From Yuukianura sp. NJ FZ-2021 (taxonomy: Eukaryota): a stretch of 64,000 nt of DNA. The DNA lies in assembly GCA_046563655.1 (NCBI GenBank), contig CM102285.1:14880001-14944000 (forward strand), in the 5' to 3' direction. The notes under the pieces were generated by a model that saw nothing but the letters and a program-made list of their open reading frames with translations, made no database searches and was not told the DNA's origin. The translations under genes were made by a program, and so were the position numbers. Positions 1-25,900 of this stretch are shown piece after piece (the stretch's first letter is position 1; each line of letters opens with the position of its first letter).

Positions 1-57
1 TTATGGATTTTTGGATAGTTTTTTCAAAAAGTTTAAAAATTGAATTTTATTTTGAAG

Positions 58-234
58 TATAAAACAGAGAAGGATGGAGTAGTTGAAACTCGAGTGGAGC
101 AGAAGATTACGCTGCAATCAGATGGTGATCCGATTGACCATGACAATGCTCTCATGGCAGCAATCCAAGAAGCTACTGCTATGAATCCAGAACTAACTGT
201 AGAGAAAATTGAAATTCAGCAACATGGAAACTGA
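58..234 (+). CDS. cora: Terminal coding exon of a protein 4.1 / coracle-like FERM protein (4.1 C-terminal domain); rest of gene is upstream of the window
   Basis: Acceptor ttttgaag at 57, then YKTEKDGVVETRVEQKITLQSDGDPIDHDNALMAAIQEATAMNPELTVEKIEIQQ, which I recognise as the Coracle/4.1 C-terminal domain; TGA at 232-234. Confidence 0.88.
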   Translation, partial: YKTEKDGVVETRVEQKITLQSDGDPIDHDNALMAAIQEATAMNPELTVEKIEIQQHGN

Positions 235-1012
235 AATTTTGAAAATTTTGATGTCGGGTGAGATGATGGGATCGAATTAGAGGTTAAGCTGGATTCACAC
301 TACAACTTTAGAAAGAGCAACTTTTTGTGCAACTTTTTTGTGCAACTTGCCAAGGAGTGAGAGATAGCTCTCATTCTGCTGGGATTCAAAACACGCTGGA
401 GAAAAAATCGTAAAAAGTTATATTGGAAAAAAAAAAGAATTTATTTAATTTTTAGGATGTAAGAATATTTAAAAAGTTGATTAATCAGGCGGTGCAAAAT
501 GTACAGCAAGGAAAATTGTTAGCTTTTTTTAGTTGCTAAGCAACAGGATCCAATGCATTTAGAGCAAGCAACTTTCTGTTTTTAAATTATTGATGAACCT
601 TACAGGTGTAAATGTGCAGTTTAGTTTCAGTTTCTAATGTAACTCGACCATGACAAAGAAAATTTATACTCAATGAAGAGGCAGGTTTAGCACAACAAAA
701 AGCTTCATCATCCAAAAATCAAAATACTAATTAGTTAAGCTTAAGCTTTCAATTTTTGTACAACTTTGTGAATCTTTAGTAGCACTTTGTGGGAAATTTT
801 GAGAAAAAGTAATTCGTGGGGTTAAGGATGAGTAAGGAATTATTGTTATTTTTATGTTTAATTGTTGCTGTAATTTTATTTAATTCAGACAAAAACTAAA
901 CTTGTTTAGCTTTATACAATTCATGTGAAGAAGCTGTTTTTTTCCGAGTGGCCTAGAATTTATGCTTTACTCAAAATATTTACATGTAATATTATATTAT
1001 ATTTAATCGTAG

Positions 1013-1279
1013 CAGGTCATTAGCGCGAAAACCATAAACGCGAATTCGCCAATTTCGCAACATTGTAACTAAATTAGACTGGGTTTAAAGGTGGAGTTTT
1101 TAAAAGGTGTGGGTTAATTTTCCAAAGGTGTGGGTTTTGTTTTTAAATGTGTGTGGTAGGTTGTTTTAAGGAGGGTGGTAGGTTTTTGATGGGTGTGGGT
1201 TTAGGTTTCATTGCTAACACAGCTCTCAGTGTTGCCAACTTGTCGAATTCGCGCGTATTGTTTTCGCGATATTGACCTG
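1013..1279. mobile_element. MITE, 267 bp, 53-bp imperfect terminal inverted repeats, 3-bp TAG target-site duplication
   Basis: 1013-1065 vs reverse complement of 1227-1279 match at 44/53 positions without gaps; TAG immediately outside both ends (1010-1012, 1280-1282); interior has GTGTGGGTT-like repeats and no credible ORF. Confidence 0.75.
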
Positions 1280-1816
1280 TAGCCTTGAATATAATATTAA
1301 TATTATAAAAAATATTATTATACGAAACTATTATTTGGATATTATTCAATATTAATTGAATTTTGTCTAAATATCAAGGGTTTAGGACAAAAAAATGCTG
1401 TTGAAGATTGAAATTTCACAATTTGAAAATCACAAAAAGAGTGAAGACTGTAAATAGTGAAACTGTGGGTTAAAAAGCTTGAAGCAGAAACAATTGGATT
1501 GTAGGAATAAAGAATCTTTTGTTGGTTACATTTTGAGTAACGTCGGATGCTGAGTGACAGAGTGGAGGACAATGGCCAAAAACTGCTCTGTTGCGAATTT
1601 GTGAATTCAGAATTGCAATTTGTCAATTGTGTAAGACCACTTGTGTGTCAAGTGAATTAAACACTTTTCGTGTACAGCTTGGGGAGGAGAGAAGGAATTG
1701 CTCAATTTGAGAGTTGAGTAAACAGGAGCTAAAAAGTGTAATTACTAATTGGGAATTATGGGGTTGAGTTGAGCTGGTGATTGGTTGGTGGGGCCGAGGT
1801 TTTTGGAGCCACCAAA

Positions 1817-3746
1817 ATGTTGGTGGCGTCAATGACTTACTTGTTTAATTTCTGGTGGAACTATTTTTCGCCGTTGCTTTTTAGTTTCAACAGTGTGCAA
1901 CCGAAGAGTTTAGTTTTGTCCAAATTTTCAGCGAAGAACGTTTTTGGACGACAAGATTCTGGTGGGGCTAAGGAGCCGATTATTTCGAAAGATGTCAATG
2001 ACGTGGTGTTTTTTCTCTATCCTGACGCAAAGTGAGTTGAAATTTTTGAATTTTGAAGATTTTTGGAAATTTTGAAAAATTTTGAATTTGGGTTTTTTTT
2101 CAGGAATTTGATGAACAAGGAGGTCCTGATTTTTGGAGATCCGAATTCGGTGAAATTTTCGTCCTACAAGAAAAAATGGCCGTTGATTATCCTGATTCAT
2201 GGATTTACGACGAATTCCAACGACGGATTTGCACAGACGCTCAAAAACGGTTCCAACGATTTTCCATTTTTTCTATAATCGATTATTTGGCATGATTACT
2301 TTGATTTTCAGTTGATTTCTTGAGTAATTAATTGATTACTTCCTCGTGATCTTTGATTTTCAATTGATTTCTTCAGTAATTAATTGATCACTTCCTCATG
2401 ATTAGTTTGATTTTTTGCGTAATCGATTAATTGTCCCGATTACTTAGTTTTTGAGTTGATTTTTTGTGGTAACGGATTAATTATTCTCACAATTACATTG
2501 GCTTGTGGTGATTTTGTGGGTAATCGTTTAGTTATGCTTGCTTTGATTTTTAGTTGAGTTTCTGAGTAATCGATTACTTATCAAGACTCCTCCGATTACT
2601 TTGATTTTTTCTTTGTTTTAGCCTACTTGGAGACCGGATACGCGTCCAATATTGTTGCAGTTGATTGGGGGAAACTGTCTTCTCCTACTGGATCCACACC
2701 GTCACTCTACTACAACTTGGCAGTGGCCAATGTGCCACCGGTGGCCAGCAGAATCGCTGATTTCATTCTGTTTATGATGAAGATTGGCGCAGTGTCCAGT
2801 CCCTCCAGTGTGCATGTCATTGGATTCAGCCTGGGGGCTCATGTGGCTGGACTCACTGGACAAAATGTGAACATGTCCCTTGGCCACCCCTTGGCTCGTG
2901 TCACGGGCCTTGACCCTGCTGCTCCAGAATTCCAGTTGAAACCACCGCATGAGAGACTGGACAAAACTGATGCTGCTTTTGTGGATGTTTATCACACGAA
3001 TCAGGGGTTCAAGGGCTTCTTAGGGCCAATTGGGCATGTGGATTTCATGCCCAACGGAGGTCAGAGGTCAAATGTCAACTAACTTTAATTCAATTAACAC
3101 CTACTTAAATGGACAATTAACTAAATGCGATGACTTTGTTTTAATCAAAGGTGGACCATTTCAACCGGGATGCTCAAACGGAACAGATTTTTCTGATGTT
3201 TTCACCGGTGAAAAAAATGTTCACAATTTAAATGATTTGTTATATGAACTTTTGCAGTTTCCTCCTTTCAGTTCCATCACCTCTTTTTAATTTCTGTGTT
3301 TTTGACAATGAAAAAAATTTGAAATTTGAAAATTTTGAAAAACTATTGAAATTCTTTTTGTTTTTTTTAGGATCGTGTTCTCATGCAAGAGCTTACGAGT
3401 ACTTTGAGAGGTCAATCCGAAACAGTTCCATAATTGCCTGTAAATGTGAGCTAAAGAGACTCCAAGGTCCGGCCAGAAACATTGTTCCTGAAAAATGCAA
3501 AATGGGCTGTGATGATCCAGTTGTTTTTGGACAATTTTGTCCTTACAGGTACAACCACGTTAAAATTCTGAAAATATTTAAAATTTTAAAAGAATTGAAT
3601 CTAAAAATTCGGATTTTCACTCAATCAGAAGTTTTTATGCCTATTTCTTGTTTGATTTCAGTGCAAGAGGAGTTTACTACCTTAAAATTATTGTCAGTGG
3701 GAAATTTCGGGCTAGAATCCGCTTTGGGTTTAGAGGGTTTAATTAA
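1817..3746 (+). CDS. Pancreatic triacylglycerol lipase / phospholipase A1-like alpha/beta hydrolase, 6 exons
   Basis: Exons ~1817-2031, 2104-2249, 2622-3059, 3151-3207, 3371-3548, 3662-3746 join in frame with GT-AG; motifs LIHGF, VDW, GFSLG (Ser), TGLDPA (Asp), DAAFVDVYHT, GHVDFMPNGG.QPGC, CSHARAYEYF (His). Start codon less certain. Confidence 0.9.
2278..2605. repeat. Degenerate short repeats (GATTACTT / TAATCGATTA / AGTTGATTT) filling lipase intron 2
   Basis: Many recurring copies of these words across the intron. Confidence 0.55.
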
Positions 3747-5727
3747 ATGTTGTTTAAATAAGTTAAAGTATAAAATCAAAATGTAACAAATTATAAATTT
3801 TAAGTTAAAATATCAAATTTCATGGGGTTAAGGAAGGCAGACGCTTTGAATTTTGTCAACAGAAAATCCCGGGAAATTCAAATGGTGAAGTAAAAATGAA
3901 AATAAAGGTGTGAAGAATTTTAAAAGTGTCTCTCTTCGGTGCAGCTGATTCGAGAATTCCCAATTAGTCAATTAATTAACTTAGTTGAGGTGTCTATGTA
4001 CTAGAATTTAGATTTAGCAGTGGATTCAAACTGAAAAAGTAAAGTTTATACACTATACAATAGAAGTTGTAAGTGAAGAGACGAGTGAGAGTAGTGTACA
4101 GGTAAATTAACAATTAAAAATAAAATCGGATGTACACGGAAAAGACTTTCTTCAAGAATCAATCAATTACTAAAAGTTGACACGACAAAAAAACGAAATA
4201 CCCGGTTCGGTTTGTTTACTCATCAACCGCAATTCTATCATCCGGAAGTGGAAGCTGGAAACCCCCATTAATCTTGGACACACAAAAGGTAACATAACAA
4301 GGTTTTAAGGTTTAAAAAGTTAAATGGTGTCTAGATGCTACATTTTTAACTGGATGTAGGAATTGGATTGAGGAAAATGTAAACTTTCCATGGAAGCATG
4401 CTTTTTGACAAATTAATTGTGACTCTGGAGATTCCAGACTGTGAACTTTAGTTGTGTTTTTTAGTTGAGTTGACATGATCAATTGAGCCTGTCGTTGTTT
4501 CATCATTTCCACAAATTGTCATCTCTCTGAATTTGGACCTTCAATTTAAATTTGTCTTATTCAAAATTCAACAGTGCCTGCGGAACAGATACGATTAAAG
4601 TCTTCTGGTTATTCTCCATTTATTCATGCATTCATAATCACAAGTACAATGACCACAACCAGAAACACAACTGCTCAAATGATGCAACTATTCACTCGTT
4701 GATTATCTCAACTAAAAGAACAATGGCGGCTGATGAGCATGAAGATGGAACAAACTGAATTAGCGAATCGTTTTTACTACGACAATTATGGAAAAACTTT
4801 TATTCGGCGTTGAACTTTTGACTGGTTTAACAAAATTTGCTTAACCTTTGACAAAGTTTGTAGATTTTGTCAATAGTTAAATTTTCCCAGTAAACACGGA
4901 AAGTAATGAGGATGTAAGAGTTCGGAAATTCCGTACTAATTTGTACTGTTTAGTTTAACATTTGCTCTGAATTTATCAATTTATCTAATTCAACTTCCTT
5001 CTTTTGTATTTCCAGTTGAAGAGGAAACTTCTTGCCAAAAAATGAAGAAAACAAAAACTTCCCAGTGATTGTCCTGAAAAATGGAGCGATTGGCAGTAGA
5101 AGTTGTGTCTTTCAGTGTAAGTATTTGCTATCTGCACAGCAGTGGGTACTTTTTAGTTGTCTCTTCCACAAATTGGCACCAACTTCCCCCTTTCCCAAAC
5201 CAACTTCCTTTTCTTTTTGGCAGTCTCTCTCTTCGCCTCCTTCGGAGTGCACGCACTACAAAGTTATTCTTAAAAGACTAAAAAGCCTAAAATCTTGAAT
5301 TAAAAGTTAAAAAACTTGACTGCCATGTTTCTATTGTGATAAAAGACTATCGTCCAACAACACTTTATAAGTTACTGCCCATTGTTTTTCCCAACCTGTC
5401 TATTGTCTTCCTCTTTTGTTGTTGTTTACACGTGTGTTAACGTTAACTTGCTCCTCGGGTTAACTTTACATTCAAGGAAGTGAAATTGGAAACTAAAGAT
5501 CCAGTGATGATTGGGAGTTCATGTTCGGAATTCAATTTGTTCTTAATTTGCGCCCTAATAACACTTTTCGGACTAATTACCAAATCTCGATTCAAAAATC
5601 AAAAATTTACTTTTTTGAAACATTTCCAAGCAATGCTTTTATACTGAAAGGATGATGAAAATTCCGCATCTGTGAAAAGTTTTTGATTGTGCTTGATCTG
5701 AAAAAACTTTGTTCAAACGGCACAAAA

Positions 5728-20381
<14,654 letters not shown>

Positions 20382-21169
20382 TTAACTTAAGTTAATTAAC
20401 TTGTTTCAGTTGATTAACTTAAGTTAGTTAACTTATGTTAGTTAATTAACTCAGCGAGTCACAACTAACAACTTCACACATCGAAAAAAAATGGAAATAA
20501 GTATCCTCAGTTCGTGTTTGTTTTTAAGAAAAACTAATAGAAAAACGAAATAATTCACAAGTCAAATCCGTTTTTTTTTTAGAAATCGAGGAAAGTCAGC
20601 CCTGTTTCCTAGTCATGGATGTAAAATCCAAAATAATTTTTATCTCCTTCGCTCAATTTCCAACAAAATTTCGGAAATTTTGAAACCCTGACTCGAAATT
20701 TTTTGAAAATTTTGAAACCCACTGACCCAGGAATCTTTAGAAATAAAATTTGAGGACGAGTAGGCGTGTCACAATAATCGAATACGTATTCATTCCATAA
20801 AAAAAACTACACTAACATAACATAAACTATGTTGAGTCACTGTATGGTCCACGAGTCCAGAATCCTAAGAACTGATATAATAATTATTGAATTAATTTAT
20901 TATAAATTATAACTATTATAATGATAACTATTGTAATTATAATTAATATTTGATTTGTGTAAAAATATTTAAAATTGGGGAAAAAATAGTTTGTGTCTAA
21001 TTCTAATTTTTGTGATCTCTTGGTTTAAATTCGTGGCTACTTTTTTAATATTACTGTAATTTAAAGTTAAGTGGGAGTTAAATATTAAGGTTAATTACAA
21101 TTAAAGGTGTTCTGATAATATTTAATTGTTTTAATTAATTGTATAATTATTTATATATTTAATTAACTT

Positions 21170-22657
21170 CTACCAGGGTCTCCACATGTGCCCTTTGTCT
21201 ATGGTGCTTGTTCTGCCAAGGGGTTCGACCTTGAGAATTCTTGGGGTTGCATTGGGGGGTTCAACGTTGAGACTGCGGGGGGTTCCTGTGGGGGGTTTGA
21301 GTGAGAAGTCGATTGGACTTGTGTTGACGCCCTTATCGCTGCTGGAGAAACTAAGAGAGCTGGAATCGCTGCCACTACTCAGCGAAGTGTTTAAAGTGTC
21401 GCTGGAAGTAGTTGATATCGCTGGAGAAGCGATGAAACTGCCTGGAGGTGGGACGAGTGCCGTAAACGCTGAATTGTGTCTCATTTCCATTGGATTTGGC
21501 GGTTGGATTGGCGAAGGAGCTTGGATTTGTAATCGCTGCTGCTGCGTCTGCGCTTTGTTGTTGTTTGGATCTCCAGGATTTGGGGCTGGACAGACCGTTT
21601 GAGGGGGTACTTGAAGTGGGGGACTTGGTGGGGCAAAGGAAATATGTGGCACTGGTGGGGCCAAATTGAAGCGATGTGGGGCTGAGATCCCACCGGGTGG
21701 GGCTGAAGGATTCACTTGCTGTAAACCACTGATGCAACCGTTGAGGTGAGACGTCACGCGATTTTTGATTCCCGGATCCCCTATATCTAGACGTCCCATA
21801 TAACGACTTACCTGAAAATTAAATTTTGAAATTTAAACGATTTGATTTTTTAAAAAATTTTGAAATTCGGAGTTCGAAAAGTAGAAAAAAAAACGGACTA
21901 ATTAAAGTCCTTTGGTGTGAACTTCGTTTCACCTTATCTGTGAAGTCAAGTTTTGCTTTTCAAGGTGTAAAATTTTGAAATTCTTACACTGACTTTAAAA
22001 TTTTGCAAAATTAAAAGTGTCGTGGCTTGTTTAAACTAAAAACGAAATTTCATTTTTTTTTCAACCTTTGAAATTTCTCACCTCTGTTGCACATTCTGAG
22101 AATCCATTTTTGAATCGATGAAGCACGGTGGGATCACTAGCCATGGCGATGGCCAGTTGATTCCTCTGCACAGTTTGCAAATGACGAACTGTCAACTCCA
22201 AAATGTCTGCTTTTTCTAATTTGGAGTGCCGCGCAGGGTCTTTGCGCATGGCTTCCAGAAGAATCGCTTTCAGATCATTCAGACAGTTATTGATTCTTGC
22301 ACGGCGTCTTTTTTCCATTATCGGCTTGTTACTCTACAAAATCCACAAAAATACATGAAATTTCCTCAAATTTACAAAAATGTCAACTTCAAAAGTGAAA
22401 TTGAAGGCTCTCAGAAGAAAACAAAGAAAATTCAAACTTTTTCTACAAAATTTCCCAAATTTTAAATTTTAAAAATTTGTAATGACCTTGCGCAGTTCAC
22501 TTTTGGTTCCACTGTTGCTGTCCATGTCTTCAGTTCTGTCTGAAGCTTGGTGCATGAGTGGTGAGGGTGACGGACTTTGACGCTGAATCGCTGAATTTGC
22601 AGCGTCGTAGCCACTCAAGTAAGTCACGTGGTGATGATGCGTCGCTTCTTCCTTCAT
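21170..22657 (-). CDS. dpn: HES-family bHLH-Orange repressor, deadpan-like, 3 exons
   Basis: Exons 22657-22487, 22333-22082, 21811-21170; [24 protein letters not shown], post-[32 protein letters not shown] resembles Deadpan; PIDFS (CtBP-type) motif; C-terminal WRPW. Orthology to dpn rather than hairy is a recognition call. Confidence 0.85.
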
Positions 22658-22861
22658 TTCAATTCTAGACTATGTTAAGTTATGTTTTTATGTAATTTGA
22701 TGTAATTTTATGTTAGGAAATGTTAAGATTTTGTTAACTTATGTTTTGAGTAAGAAGGAAGTGTTCTTGTGCAGTATCAGAAGTGGACTGTGAGTGTTTT
22801 GGCATTCCGTAGGCTGAGATCCTAATTTTAGCTGCTTGTTAAAGCATCTGCTAAGGTGAAA

Positions 22862-22933
22862 TTCCCATGGAGGGACCGTGGGAAAGTTTTTGAGAGATGG
22901 TTTTAAGTGGGCTGTTTGGGAACTGCATGGGAA
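22862..22933. promoter_or_regulatory. Cluster of Su(H)/CSL-type sites 5' of the deadpan-like gene
   Basis: Canonical CGTGGGAA at 22877-22884; variants TTCCCATG 22862-22869, TTTGGGAA 22915-22922, CATGGGAA 22926-22933, 200-280 bp upstream of the ATG. Confidence 0.55.
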
Positions 22934-25900
22934 TGCAACCAAAAAACTACTTTTTGCTTCCATCTGCACCGATCTTGCAACAGAACCACCTCTGTCGTCG
23001 CTCATTTCACAAAAATAACAATACAAAACATGTTCCTTTTCATACAAAACACAAAACATCTTCATTTTTTAAGTTTTATTGCAAAAGTGACCTCAAGTGA
23101 CCTCAATTTGACCTCGCCCTCCTCATGTGAAATCTTGTGAGATCCTCACTCGTGCAATTCCAAAAAAAAAAAAACTGAGCAAGAAAATGACGACTTGAAA
23201 ACTAACTGATTGTTACAGTATTAAGTTTCATAATTTAGAAATTTTTCACAGGGTTTTACTTTTTTCATGAAATTTTGATAACTTTGAATTTGAGTTTTTG
23301 AAAATGTGAAACTACGACATGGAATATTGGTACAAAGCGGAACAATGTAAAGGGTTCCTGGGCACCTGTAAGTCACGACTTTGATTTGACCTTGTGACCT
23401 CACTTTTAAAATTTATTTTCGAAAAAAAATTTATAATGAAAATTTTGAAGGGAATGATCCGGACTTGGGAACTCTTTCAGAATTTAAATTTTTGAGAATC
23501 CATCACACTCTTAAAATTTGAGTGGCAGGGGAGAGATGCGGCAAAATTTTAACAAAAGTTTGATGCCAAGTTGTGTTTGTCCTTATCACAAATCCATAAA
23601 TTTACAGTTTCTTTTGTGGAAAAGTTAGTTTTTGTTTCAAAAGCAGCATTTTGGCAAAAAGTAGGATGCTCTTTTGCACTTTTTAGTAAAGGTGAGTTAA
23701 GGTGGGCCTGGGAGGGAGGGAGTAAGTGCGAGTGTCGCGTGGGGCGGAGGCTTGTGGAGTGTGTGGAGGAATTTGGGATTGTGTGAGAACGAGGCCGAGT
23801 GATCGTTCCCAGGCTCCCTCATCCGCTTCTTTATTTTTTATGTCCACCGCTCTAAACCACTTTACAAGGAATCTTTACAAGCATCTTCTCAACCACCGAA
23901 CCCCCGGGCCAAAAACACACTTCGGACTAACACACCCGCAACCTTTGACCTTTTCCGCACAAAATTGACCTCACAGTCCTTTGGGAGGGTTCAAAATTTC
24001 AAAGTTTTGACGAATTTCATCAAAATCTCCAAAAATTTTGACGAATTTCATCGAAAGTTCAAAAGTTTTCACGAATTTCATTAAAATTTCCAACATTTTA
24101 ACGAATTCCAGCAATATCTCAATACAAACCTTTACAAAATCGGTTTCACATCTGCACCTACCAAAGTTATTCGGTTTTACTCTTATCTTCGAAAAAAAAA
24201 ATTTTTTTGCACAACTTCAAAATTTCAAATTTCAAAATTTTAACAACTATTGCAGTGTAAATTACAATCGCATCTGCGTGTTAAGAATTTTTTCAGTTTG
24301 TGCTTCTTTCGAAGTCTTTTTGTTCGGCTTTTTAGAAAACAAAGCTACAAGAAGTTTTTGGAGGGGAGCCCTTGAAGGGTACATCCGAACCAGAAGTTTT
24401 ACAGTTGTACCTAGATGGCGGGAGATTGTTAAGGGTGCCAGGGGCCCTTAAAGTGTACTTCCATTGTTTAAGTGATTGGGGTGGGAGCCCTTTGTTTTAT
24501 GAATGAAATCTAAGCAGTTGGTTGTGTGTTTGTGTTCGTCATCTGGATTGAGTAATGTGTTGGTGCTTGGGAATCAAAAGCCAACTGACTTCCGGTTCCA
24601 AAAGTACAACTTTTTATGCTTCTCACCATAAGGCCTCACTCTTCAAAAAATTACACTTTCAAAAAACCAAGTTAAAAAAAACGAAAAAATGGAAATTCTC
24701 ATGAATGAGCTACCGTTGGAATTGGAAATTTGGAAAAACGAGCGACAGACGCTCGGCGCTGCTCCATTTTTTCATTCAAACTTTTCGTTTTCCTCAATGA
24801 AATTACGAACCTTCCCAAAAAAAAAGTTAAAAAAATTGTTACTCCCACAACACACCGGAAGTTGAGTAAAATCACTTCTAAATTTTGAAGTACCCACTGT
24901 TGCTGTTTAAGTACCCACCAACCACCTGACCTCCTGTGACCCTTAACCCATCTGACTTTGGACTTTGGGACCCTTAAAAACCAAAAAAAAAAGTTCAGAG
25001 GATGACTTTGTCCTTTTGGACAAGTTGTTCTAAATTGAGACAATTGAAATTTGGGTGAATTTTTAACGTCTGTTGCATTTTGAAAAAAGTCAGGCGTGCG
25101 TGAAAACGTAAAGTTTTGGTTCGTTTGCTTCTCGGAATTCTTTTGTGAACAACACGCCAACAAAAAACGAAGACAAATAACTGCAAGGGGAGATCAAGAT
25201 CAAAATTTCGATCCAACCAAACAGGAATTTCAAAAATCTTCATCACTTCATCTTCTCACTCATTTCGGCCAGTTAGCCACAAAATATCGTCACTTTTCAA
25301 TAAATTTTTTGCATTTTTCGAAAAAAAAAGCCTTTACTGTACGTCGATGTTCCAACTGAACGTAAATTTTCTAGCAAATTTTGATTTAAATTCCCGTGAA
25401 CGGTGTTAAACTTTTTTTAAAAAACGGAAAATATGGAAAGTTTGAAAACTTTTTTTCGAAAATGAACTCGGCTTCTTTTGAAAAAGGGAATAAATTCAGA
25501 ACGGCACGGGGGCCCTTGAACCACTCTCATCTTTCACATTTCAAATCACGAGAAATTAATTTAAGGGCCCCCTGAAACAAAGGGTCTTCTGCTCCTGCAG
25601 TGAGTGTGAGACTCCCAAGGGGTCCCCCCGTCGTGACCTCTATTCCGTGACCTCAGCACATTCGATATCCACGCTTAAAATGGTTTTTCGAAAGCGTTTT
25701 TTCAAAATGATGTTTTTCGAAAAGCATTTTTTAAAATGATATTTTTGAAAAACAGGAATTTAAGACGCTTGTGCTCAAAATTTCAATTGAATCCGACCAC
25801 TCTAACGGTCTCACATCTTCTCAAGTTTCTTCCAATTCATTTCTGAGTTGAGTCCAAGAGCGGGCCCTTAAGGGCCCCTTAATTGTCCAAGGGCCTCTTA

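Noticed and set aside
20382..21169. Overlapping antisense 3' UTRs of FAK and the dpn-like gene
   Set aside because: Candidate AATAAA signals (+ at ~20742, - at ~20896-20901) allow non-overlapping ends; cannot be supported without transcripts.
21186..21737. Overlapping ORFs on the dpn-like last exon (138, 120 and 70 aa), and 52994-53602 opposite PPP1R16
   Set aside because: Shadow frames of GC-rich coding exons with no recognisable homology.
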